Source of the DNA: a virus
Reading direction: 5' to 3' (one strand)
Length of the DNA stretch: 44,480 bases
IMG/VR virus record: IMGVR_UViG_3300048785_000093
Location: 1 to 44,480 of that record
Each line of letters opens with the position of its first letter. Positions within the stretch are counted from its first letter, which is position 1. Below, piece after piece: positions 33,701 through 38,629 of the stretch. The position numbers were made by a program, and so were the translations under genes. Under the pieces are notes generated by a model. The model made no database searches. It was not told the DNA's origin and saw nothing but the letters and a program-made list of their open reading frames with translations.

Positions 33701-35333
33701 CCAGACTTTGGACGGGCTGCAAACTTACTCGCTCAAGCAGGCGTTGCCGGGTTTGCCCTATGCCGGCAAGCTGTTGGATCTCGTCCTGGGCGCGCCTACG
33801 CGCATGTTCCGGCTGGGCACAACGGCCATACGGCCCGGATTCCAGTTCATCACGCAACCCGCGCGGTCGCTGGCACTGATGCTGATGCAGGGGGATAATC
33901 CGGCGCGGTCGGCGCTCAATTATCCGGCGGCGCTGGCGGGCGTGCTCAAGGAAGGGTTCGGTGGCAAGGCTGAGCCATATTCGGCAGCGTTCAAGGATCT
34001 CGGCGCGCACATGGGCCAGCCGCTCGGCCTGGACATCGGCTATACCAAACGCATGAGCGATGAACTATTTCATGGGCGCGTGATCCGAACCGTGCAACAT
34101 CCCATTGACCATTTGCGCCAGTTGTTGAGCATACCCGAAGGCGCGCCGCGCGTGGCGGAGTTGAAAGCCATTGCGGACAAGATCGGCTGGACACCAGGCC
34201 GGCCCATGCTGCCGGATCAGGCAGTGCAGATGGCACTGGCGGCCAAGCGGGTGACAGTGGACTTTTCCGCCGCGGGCGACATGAGCCGGGTGCTGAACCA
34301 GGCGATCCCGTTTTACAATATCACACTGCAACACACGCGGGCGTATGCGCGGGCGTTCATGGAACATCCTGCGCGATCAGCCCTGCTGGCTGGCATGGTG
34401 TTCGCCGCGCCGACGCTGCTGAACTGGTGGCGCAACAAGGACAAGGAATGGTATCAGGCCATGCCGTGGAAGGAACGCTACCTTTACACCTGGCTCGACG
34501 ACGGCAAGAACCTGTGGAAGATCGCGCGGCCATTCGAATGGGGCATGACGGCGATGGCGCTGCCGGAAGCGATGGCAGACTCGTGGTATCGGCGCGATCC
34601 CGAGGCGGTGAAACACGCTTTGGGAGCAATATTCACGGACCTGGATCCGGTGGATTATCCGGTGTTGCTCAAGCTGGCCAAGGAACAATGGCAGAACCGT
34701 ATTGCCTACTTTGACCGGCCAATCGTGCCGCCGTCCGAAGTGGGATTGCCGGCGAACCAGCAGCGCGGGCCCTACACCTCGAGGCTGGCCATCGGCATCA
34801 ACAAGGTTTTCCCCGATGCGAGTCCCCGGCGCGTGGATGCTTTCCTGCGCGGCTATTTCGGCGGCGCGGGCACGGAGGCAATGCAACTCATCGGCTTGGG
34901 ACCACCGCGATCCGGCCGCGGCTGGGAACCGACGGATCTGCCCGTGGCGGGCACGCTGTTCAGGGCAGGCGGCCAGTTCAACGCCAACAACCAGTTTGTG
35001 GCGGACTTTTACGACCGTTACAACCTGATGCAATCGCAGTTCGAGGCGTGGCAAGTGCAGGCCAGCCGGGCCAAGATCACCGGGCAGCCGCCCACGATGC
35101 AGCCGCCAGACTGGGGCATGCAGATGAAGCGGACCATTGCGACGGGCACCACCAAGGAACCGGGCGCAGCACCGGCCTTGAAGGCACTGATGGCGCTGGC
35201 CGGCGCCACGCGGGACAACGATCAGCGCAGTGCGCTCTACCGCGAGGCCGGAGAGACAGCCAAGCGCGCGGTGGAAGCGTTTGATCGTGTGGACAAAGTA
35301 GCGGCACCAAACGGCGCAGCAGGCGGCAAATGA
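27780..35333 (+). CDS. Giant polyvalent protein (2,517 aa): SF2 SNF2/strawberry-notch-like helicase, ASCH-like domain, HExxH zincin, and large unassigned N- and C-terminal regions
   Basis: Helicase motifs GDGTGVGKTG (nt ~30291), VVIYDEAHNLKN (DEAH at 30525..30536), FATATP, LLATPRSGGAGLDMDD and QMLGRVSRRN (~31389). ASCH-like FIPLKSEFFEAFKSGDKREEYR...GRKVVLSKGY (~31806..32075). HEIAH at 32346..32360 followed by EGWAEY. Confidence 0.8.
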   Translation: MSLADELTEEAAPPSLADDLANEAPQPIGDQLAREALVQQKQKLAALPETGKWRELFPAMFDLSDEQKQNAETTHGAFQKLRESGLTPTQIAQNAQAVHDKWDAIISMASESRPDNVPKFIAQRDAELRQAGVEPMNLDSAFTLPKMDEKDVRELFPHAPGRAVNAIQAGQNTAAALGEGFASPEGVLMFPAGVGPQVGRAFLAQMAASLPVDLSQAAGHYSAGDPESGDSKLIQAGVTAGMLGIPIVAGRRAGIQPKGAQNAEAIRSDTGQLPETGQIPEGGQEAGGHDVEQGPPEQPEPVESGGRAGAGEEGAVEPPTVADLEQEALGPKLPDVPPVGPTQQQQKDPDQPIFDPNEFGRLVAELKSVAAHDEAVLNAPVLPGPRQAEEVSDEEIQKAKAEPEAMRQAEIERVRASAEARGAQGTAGPARWTPPVAEPVEPVPAAEGGYRFADAVKDAGGLSAPPLDDALAEIRNGKSAARVVAEWSHGATGHDELAGILEEIAGARDNKEAVLYRNLRAAYKKAFAWNEPAGQGAPDETLAGLGDIQRAGMMPDHMPETEEELYRQQWEHHTAGPPVDAEATQGAQDAADFEVFNKSLTVHSPESTVPEIWSGDQKLGEVRTGASGAKHFVPGPEAERLPPEYQLAVMSKAGIDIEHGMAVPAGGEALPGLGTSQPELDPTMLRKLTKMASILVEQGKTSFPDFARTMSQALDGKLNQYYHAAYEQVRFYTEAWHLRDRLTPQEETETYDNNGNRTDRAGAAGGGPELSGTVGGAGRGRRPGLRVVDFRDLPAPRPIVRSGEYTGPGGAGLDEVQRFAVNAALTAFDDGKKAYLLGDGTGVGKTGTELAIANAYAQKTKLPSLIVTQSIPIIENRFKQDAVKLGVPMQNTTFITYSDLSTGKVPAGKFGVVIYDEAHNLKNAGSARETYSRDVQAERKVFATATPMDGPTHASYFLSELTGKTREQIASQLGFHYEQRMVNGKSRTMAVLDKDTSWGTVVDHIKKLRNLAVQAGQLIRREYPFYGRAQLREAPAYSKAQRDEQETIIAHWDKLINAARPGSNYRRNLAGQKTLELSRWAEIQKLPHIRDAMLQDYKDGKHVIVYAENYNPSMVKGLGKSIPGFLTELGKELDARKIPYAKVFEDDPYAKAKAAAAFQGGRVKVLLATPRSGGAGLDMDDQIGNAPRQAHAATLNFSADVFDQMLGRVSRRNTASPADFHVWMNRDSFADGRRMQVADRKLRVLRNIQAGEDLDTSEFEGEGEHGMPDFNGAFAFEPAESSAEQAARMVGEEVQSHQSAVRSQMQARAQERLTGSTGDLGQGDFVGGGDLFAPTTRASVERPMFIPLKSEFFEAFKSGDKREEYRKYGPGWNEKTAPVGRKVVLSKGYSGERLTGTITGFRKETNPQSLPGWNKVYGSEAGTAAVIEIAVDRNESEHGQPALQRGGVPGLPVEMDQTKAGKATIGQINAALEAVSRAAGGNTPIRSGRVTGRTAIGPNRAIYKDRQEVVRVRSVDDIPAATHEIAHDLAKQVFGRVAAGGDQGGSPAAMRELEDLGKALYGDVKPLAGYGGEGWAEYLRHWLSTDEAPTVAPHMTKWFNEQFLPLHPEIAEALTKARELITTSRLQGAAARAQAQLARSPGALRQIAQALGQFVSYKAQIESFAPLERLVKAAEARAGKLPPSENPFLLASWKRGSAGATVERMATEHMLDIWGNPVGPSLREAFAPVQGQRSETLLLAFAKAAQARWEQTRMVTDPRSGQRSFLPDPKNPGISLADAQHIIKTMSTPQREIAVQKWREWHNGLLDYLVQADPGMKPLADKWKSAQFYMPLARMIDPARAKAAAALANSNPFFRMRGSGLPVKDLLDQTMLNAARLVNRANRALVTNSIVKLSNLEGMGHLVEAIPRGRVRNLVSLDQVRAQLEDLGIDTSEMPKDRMLEYWTPADMPKGSAPIIAVGSPGQRRWFQVDPELYQTLDGLQTYSLKQALPGLPYAGKLLDLVLGAPTRMFRLGTTAIRPGFQFITQPARSLALMLMQGDNPARSALNYPAALAGVLKEGFGGKAEPYSAAFKDLGAHMGQPLGLDIGYTKRMSDELFHGRVIRTVQHPIDHLRQLLSIPEGAPRVAELKAIADKIGWTPGRPMLPDQAVQMALAAKRVTVDFSAAGDMSRVLNQAIPFYNITLQHTRAYARAFMEHPARSALLAGMVFAAPTLLNWWRNKDKEWYQAMPWKERYLYTWLDDGKNLWKIARPFEWGMTAMALPEAMADSWYRRDPEAVKHALGAIFTDLDPVDYPVLLKLAKEQWQNRIAYFDRPIVPPSEVGLPANQQRGPYTSRLAIGINKVFPDASPRRVDAFLRGYFGGAGTEAMQLIGLGPPRSGRGWEPTDLPVAGTLFRAGGQFNANNQFVADFYDRYNLMQSQFEAWQVQASRAKITGQPPTMQPPDWGMQMKRTIATGTTKEPGAAPALKALMALAGATRDNDQRSALYREAGETAKRAVEAFDRVDKVAAPNGAAGGK
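28564..28743 (+). CDS. 59-aa basic helical protein overprinted in the +1 frame of the giant ORF
   Basis: AAGGAG at 28552..28557 lies 6 nt before the ATG. 51 of 59 codons end in G/C, against 27 of 60 in the main frame over the same span. Sequence: MPKQYEAIRDSYLKRGKSLKEAKKLAAMTWNKDHPNNPNPWSREDAQARVKKALSSRRR. Confidence 0.6.
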   Translation: MPKQYEAIRDSYLKRGKSLKEAKKLAAMTWNKDHPNNPNPWSREDAQARVKKALSSRRR

Positions 35334-35358
35334 GCGTTGTAAACCGTTGGCCATCAAA

Positions 35359-35424
35359 CTGGATAATCAATCATCCAGTTTTCTCTTAATCATCTGGTCG
35401 CCGGTTCGATCCCGGCCCGAGGCA
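35359..35424 (+). other. attP core region: 3' half of a tRNA (anticodon loop to discriminator, register suggests Lys-CTT) plus flanking CCAG/CTGG inverted repeats
   Basis: CTCTTAA-TCATC-TGGTC-GCCGG-TTCGATC-CCGGC-CCGAGGC-A (35383..35424) has exact tRNA 3'-half geometry. No complementary 5' acceptor or D arm lies upstream, and it is followed by CTA rather than CCA. The integrase stop codon is 240 nt away. Confidence 0.65.
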
Positions 35425-35510
35425 CTACCGCTTTTGCTGTCTTTTGCGCGTTTTGACCGCTGCCCACATAGGTTTGATTCAACTGCCTACCCACAAGTGT
35501 CCTGTCGTTT

Positions 35511-35539
35511 AGCGGAACGTAGCGGAACGTAGCAGAACC
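35511..35539 (+). repeat. Three tandem ~10-bp repeats AGCGGAACGT / AGCGGAACGT / AGCAGAACC (candidate arm-type sites)
   Basis: Read directly between the attP core and int. Confidence 0.6.
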
Positions 35540-35545
35540 ATCAAC

Positions 35546-35576
35546 TGGCATCAAAAGTGGCATCAGGGTGGTATCA
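35546..35576 (+). repeat. Three phased direct repeats TGG(C/T)ATCA spaced 12 and 11 nt apart (candidate arm-type or accessory-factor sites)
   Basis: TGGCATCA at 35546 and 35558, TGGTATCA at 35569. A related TGGCCATCA lies at ~35348 on the other side of the core. Confidence 0.55.
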
Positions 35577-35663
35577 AAGATCTCTTCTGGTATAATGGCT
35601 CGAACGGATTTTAGCCAACCTTTCGGCTGCAGTCAGTCTCGCGTTTGTTGGTTTTTTTATTTT

Positions 35664-36860
35664 TCATAGTTGCTGTTGAACGATGGTGAGAACGGGCACC
35701 TGGTCGAGCACGGCCCAGTGCGCGGCGATGTCGTCGAGGTTCGCGGGCTTGAATTTGCAGACAAAGTGACTGTAGTGAGCTTCCGTAACCTTCACGCTGC
35801 TGTGGCGCAACCAGGTTTGGGCATCGTAAATCCCATATTTCATTGCGACCTGGCTGCCGGCATAGGCGCGCAAGGCGTGGTTTGTCTTTTGTGTCTGCCA
35901 GCCGAGGCCGCGCAGGAAGTCCGACACGCCCCGCGGAAGACCGTCGGCGCGATAACTGGCGCTGCCGAGGATAATAAAGTCCCCCGTAAGCCAGCCGCGC
36001 GCTATGGCCTTCGTCCGCATGATGGTGTAAAACGGATCCAACGCGCGGACTTGGACGAGCCCGGTCTTGTTTTTTACGTGCGCCTCGCCATCGAGCACAG
36101 GATAACCCTGCCGGGCGGTCCACCAACTCCACTTTGCTTGGGCCACTTCGCCAATGCGCAGTCCAAAGGCCAACTCATGGCCGATGGCAAGGAAGAGGTT
36201 GCGGTCGTCGAGCACTTCCCACGCAGCCAGCGTGCGCTGGATGATCTCGTCAGAGGGCGGATTGTATTCAATTCGTGGCAGGTCGGCGAAGGGTTTAACC
36301 GCAAGAAACTTGTCGAGGCTGCCAGGCAATTTCAACCGGCAGTCTTCCGTAAAATACTCCCGCATGTCATCGCTAAATACGCTGCGCGCCTGCCGCAACA
36401 CGGAATTTGACGTGCGCAAAACCCGTGTGTGATTCGCGTCAATCTGCTTGCCATTGGCGAAGGCTGCCTTTTGAAGCTTCCACGCACGCAAGAGATCATA
36501 AGTCATGGCACCAACGTCCAGAGCTTTTCCCATGTCCGCCATAATCTTGCCCAGGCAATTGATATTGCCGCGCCGTGTTTTTGGAGCGGGCCGCCTCCCT
36601 GGATAGCGCAGGTATGCCGCTTCGACCTCTGCCCAGGACGAATAGCCAACGTTTCGCATCCTGGTGCCATCCAACCGCTCGAACTGGCCGGCAATGATGG
36701 CTTCGGTGATTTCCTTGTGGAGCAGCCGCGCGCGCTGCTGCGCAATACTGGCATCATTTGTTTGGAGGCAACGGGGATAGACCACGCCCCGGAAGGCGAA
36801 TTTGAAATACCAAGGCGCGTCCCGGGTCTCGGAACGTTTGTGCAGGGCGAAAGTTTTCAT
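35664..36860 (-). CDS. int: Tyrosine recombinase / phage integrase
   Basis: Catalytic signature GLRIGE ... NHALRAYAGS ... WLRHSSVKVTEAHY (R, HxxR, H, Y). Adjacent to the tRNA-fragment attP. Confidence 0.9.
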   Translation of the reverse strand: MKTFALHKRSETRDAPWYFKFAFRGVVYPRCLQTNDASIAQQRARLLHKEITEAIIAGQFERLDGTRMRNVGYSSWAEVEAAYLRYPGRRPAPKTRRGNINCLGKIMADMGKALDVGAMTYDLLRAWKLQKAAFANGKQIDANHTRVLRTSNSVLRQARSVFSDDMREYFTEDCRLKLPGSLDKFLAVKPFADLPRIEYNPPSDEIIQRTLAAWEVLDDRNLFLAIGHELAFGLRIGEVAQAKWSWWTARQGYPVLDGEAHVKNKTGLVQVRALDPFYTIMRTKAIARGWLTGDFIILGSASYRADGLPRGVSDFLRGLGWQTQKTNHALRAYAGSQVAMKYGIYDAQTWLRHSSVKVTEAHYSHFVCKFKPANLDDIAAHWAVLDQVPVLTIVQQQL

Positions 36861-36869
36861 AGACGCGAA

Positions 36870-37157
36870 TTATAACGGAGCGTTGGTTTCGATGGATGAA
36901 GCGGGAATGAAATTCGAAATTGGTGCCCAGTCGGCGACGCCATTTTTCGTGACATAACGCAGAAACCATGCGCGCCCGGTGGCAGTGTCAAGTTTTACGG
37001 CCGTTTCCAAAATCTGCGGATGATTCAGGTCGGGCCCTATTATCTCCAGCCGCACGGGTATGATGGTATAACGCCCGATTTGAGGGGATGGTGAATCGCC
37101 AGCGGCAACGGTTAGAATTAACAGCAAAGCTAATGCCAAAATAGTGGGTTTTTTCAC
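36870..37157 (-). CDS. Small exported protein (signal peptide), lysogeny-module moron / superinfection-exclusion candidate
   Basis: The N-terminus is MKKPTILALALLLILTVAAGDSP. Overlap-coupled to the RHH gene and 9 nt upstream of int. Confidence 0.55.
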   Translation of the reverse strand: MKKPTILALALLLILTVAAGDSPSPQIGRYTIIPVRLEIIGPDLNHPQILETAVKLDTATGRAWFLRYVTKNGVADWAPISNFIPASSIETNAPL

Positions 37158-37393
37158 GGTTTCCTTTTATTGCGGTAACTGACAGGTTCGTTGAGTTCTG
37201 GCCGTTCCGTTGGCCTGATGACGGATGATGCCACATCGGGCACGCTGACATTTCCCGGTTTCCGCTCAAAGTATTCCCTCAAAGCCTCGCGAACGATTAC
37301 AGAAAGCGCTTCGCCGCGGCGTTCGGCCTCCGCGTCAAGTTGTCGGCGCAGTTCCGCTGTAAGACGCAAGTAAATCGTCTCTTCTTTCGTCAT
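37154..37393 (-). CDS. Ribbon-helix-helix (CopG/Arc-like) DNA-binding protein; repressor candidate
   Basis: IYLRLTAELRRQLDAEAERRGEALSVIVREALREYF fits the RHH beta-alpha-alpha pattern. First gene of the minus-strand lysogeny operon. Confidence 0.7.
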   Translation of the reverse strand: MTKEETIYLRLTAELRRQLDAEAERRGEALSVIVREALREYFERKPGNVSVPDVASSVIRPTERPELNEPVSYRNKRKP

Positions 37394-37399
37394 GTTCCT

Positions 37400-37428
37400 A
37401 TTGTCCTACAAACGGCGGCCATTGTCAA
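37400..37428 (-). promoter_or_regulatory. Leftward sigma-70-like promoter TTGACA-N17-GACAAT, ending 6 nt before the ATG (leaderless transcript predicted)
   Basis: The reverse complement of 37423..37428 is TTGACA and of 37400..37405 is GACAAT. The gene's ATG is the complement of 37391..37393. Confidence 0.5.
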
Positions 37429-37449
37429 TTAAATAATTCAAAATTGTTC

Positions 37450-37478
37450 TTGACGGATTGTTGCGATTGTATGATAAT
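37450..37478 (+). promoter_or_regulatory. Rightward sigma-70-like promoter TTGACG-N17-GATAAT, ending 7 nt before the ATG at 37486 (leaderless transcript predicted)
   Basis: TTGACG at 37450..37455 and GATAAT at 37473..37478. Five ATTGT repeats occur across 37400..37470. Confidence 0.55.
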
Positions 37479-37485
37479 TCGCAAT

Positions 37486-37662
37486 ATGGTTCATGAAACA
37501 AAGCTTGCGTTTAGGTTGCCGAAGTCGCTGAAACGCCGCATAAACAAAGAAGCAAAGCAGCGCTTCATTTCGGAAGCGGATGTTGCTCGCGAAGCCATAA
37601 TCGCTTTCTTCAGCGATCCTAAATCTTCTGCCAACGGCAACAGAAAGGGGGTGGCGGCGTGA
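37486..37662 (+). CDS. Ribbon-helix-helix DNA-binding protein (Cro-like counterpart)
   Basis: KLAFRLPKSLKRRINKEAKQRFISEADVAREAIIAFF fits the RHH pattern. The track's TTG start at 37444 would include the promoter. Confidence 0.65.
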   Translation: MVHETKLAFRLPKSLKRRINKEAKQRFISEADVAREAIIAFFSDPKSSANGNRKGVAA

Positions 37663-38156
37663 ATCTGGGAGACACCATTTTCATGGCGCCGGCCGAGGTC
37701 GGCTTGCGACCTGCACCGGTCCGGCGCTGCAAATGGTGCATTGAGCGCGTCGGCGCGCCTCGTTTTTTTGTGCAAGGCCACTGGTCTTTGGCTTGGATAG
37801 GCACACCCAAAGGCAATATCACAGACGGCATTTGCCCGGAATGTTTGGCTCATCAGAAAGCTTCGATTTTGCGGGATAGATCAGTGGTAGATCGCCTGCC
37901 TCATAAACAGGTTGTCGCTGGTTCGATTCCAGCTCCCGCTACCAATTTGCCGCGGCGCAAGGCTGCGGCAGCAGCGCGGGTGCTTGCCGGGAGCTTCTAT
38001 ACGTTTCTCTTGGGGTTCCTCAACAAACCAAGAAACACCTTGACACCTATGACTGGCAGCTTCATCCCATCGCCCGCGCGTTTTTTGTCAATCAGCAATT
38101 CGATCTGGCGCGAAACCCTGCAACCAAAACGCCGCCGGATCCGCTGGATTGTTTGA
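37659..38156 (+). CDS. Zinc-ribbon protein. Only the first ~70 codons look coding, and the frame has no stop before running through the tRNA gene.
   Basis: GTGA overlap with the upstream gene. CKWC...(31 aa)...GICPEC zinc ribbon. Translation downstream of nt 37870 looks non-coding. Confidence 0.4.
   Translation: MNLGDTIFMAPAEVGLRPAPVRRCKWCIERVGAPRFFVQGHWSLAWIGTPKGNITDGICPECLAHQKASILRDRSVVDRLPHKQVVAGSIPAPATNLPRRKAAAAARVLAGSFYTFLLGFLNKPRNTLTPMTGSFIPSPARFLSISNSIWRETLQPKRRRIRWIV
37870..37944 (+). tRNA. tRNA with anticodon CAT (Met, fMet or Ile2 type), CCA encoded
   Basis: Hand-folded cloverleaf. Acceptor stem GCGGGA/TCCCGC plus a T1:T72 mismatch. D stem GATC/GATC with an AGTGGTA loop. Anticodon loop CTCATAA (CAT at 37902..37904). 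T arm GCTGG-TTCGATT-CCAGC. Discriminator A followed by CCA. Confidence 0.85.
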
Positions 38157-38168
38157 CTCTCTCAAATT

Positions 38169-38369
38169 ATGGCTACTTACAGTGAAAATCTGGCCGGCTT
38201 GACCAATGACGCGCTTAAGCACGGTGTGCCCGCAGCCGAGATCGTGTTCTACCTCGAGCTGATGGGCCACGAACTCAAGAATAGCATCCTGGCCAATGCG
38301 GCCGAGCAGGCGACCAAGCCAAAGATTATCATACCACCGCCAGAGTTGATCGACGGAGGCGCGCGTTAA
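38169..38369 (+). CDS. Hypothetical protein (66 aa)
   Basis: ORF in the early operon. Confidence 0.45.
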   Translation: MATYSENLAGLTNDALKHGVPAAEIVFYLELMGHELKNSILANAAEQATKPKIIIPPPELIDGGAR

Positions 38370-38626
38370 TGAAAGCCGTGGAAATTTTCTACACGGTCCA
38401 ATCTGTCGCGCTGCTCTTGGGCCTATGTGAGAAGACGGTGATCGTCAAGCTCAAGGCACGCGAGTTCGGCGCGGAAGTAGTAAATCTCGGCAGCATGCAG
38501 CGGCCAGATTACCGAATACCAGCGAGCGGAGTGAATGGTTATTTGACGGCGCGGCGTGTTTTTTTGGACATGGGTATTCCCGCACGATCAGTAGGTGAAT
38601 TGAGACGCAATGCAGCCACCGTTTGA
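38369..38626 (+). CDS. Excisionase-type HTH (HTH_17-like) DNA-binding protein
   Basis: YTVQSVALLLGLCEKTVIVKLKAREF...YRIPASGVNGYL fits the excisionase/MerR-type wHTH pattern. Confidence 0.55.
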   Translation: MKAVEIFYTVQSVALLLGLCEKTVIVKLKAREFGAEVVNLGSMQRPDYRIPASGVNGYLTARRVFLDMGIPARSVGELRRNAATV

Positions 38627-38629
38627 GTT

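Noticed and set aside
35383-35424. Possible second complete tRNA gene
   Set aside because: Only the anticodon loop through the discriminator is present. No complementary 5' acceptor strand (GCCTCGG) or D arm lies upstream. I interpret it as the attP tRNA fragment.
35347-35532. 61-aa ORF in the gap between the giant gene and the integrase
   Set aside because: It covers the tRNA-fragment attP core and the arm-type repeats. The region is better explained as non-coding recombination DNA.
37444-37485. TTG start at 37444 given by the ORF track for the rightward RHH gene
   Set aside because: It would place the TTGACG-N17-GATAAT promoter inside the coding region and add a Cys-rich, non-RHH N-terminus. 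ATG 37486 gives a canonical RHH beginning.
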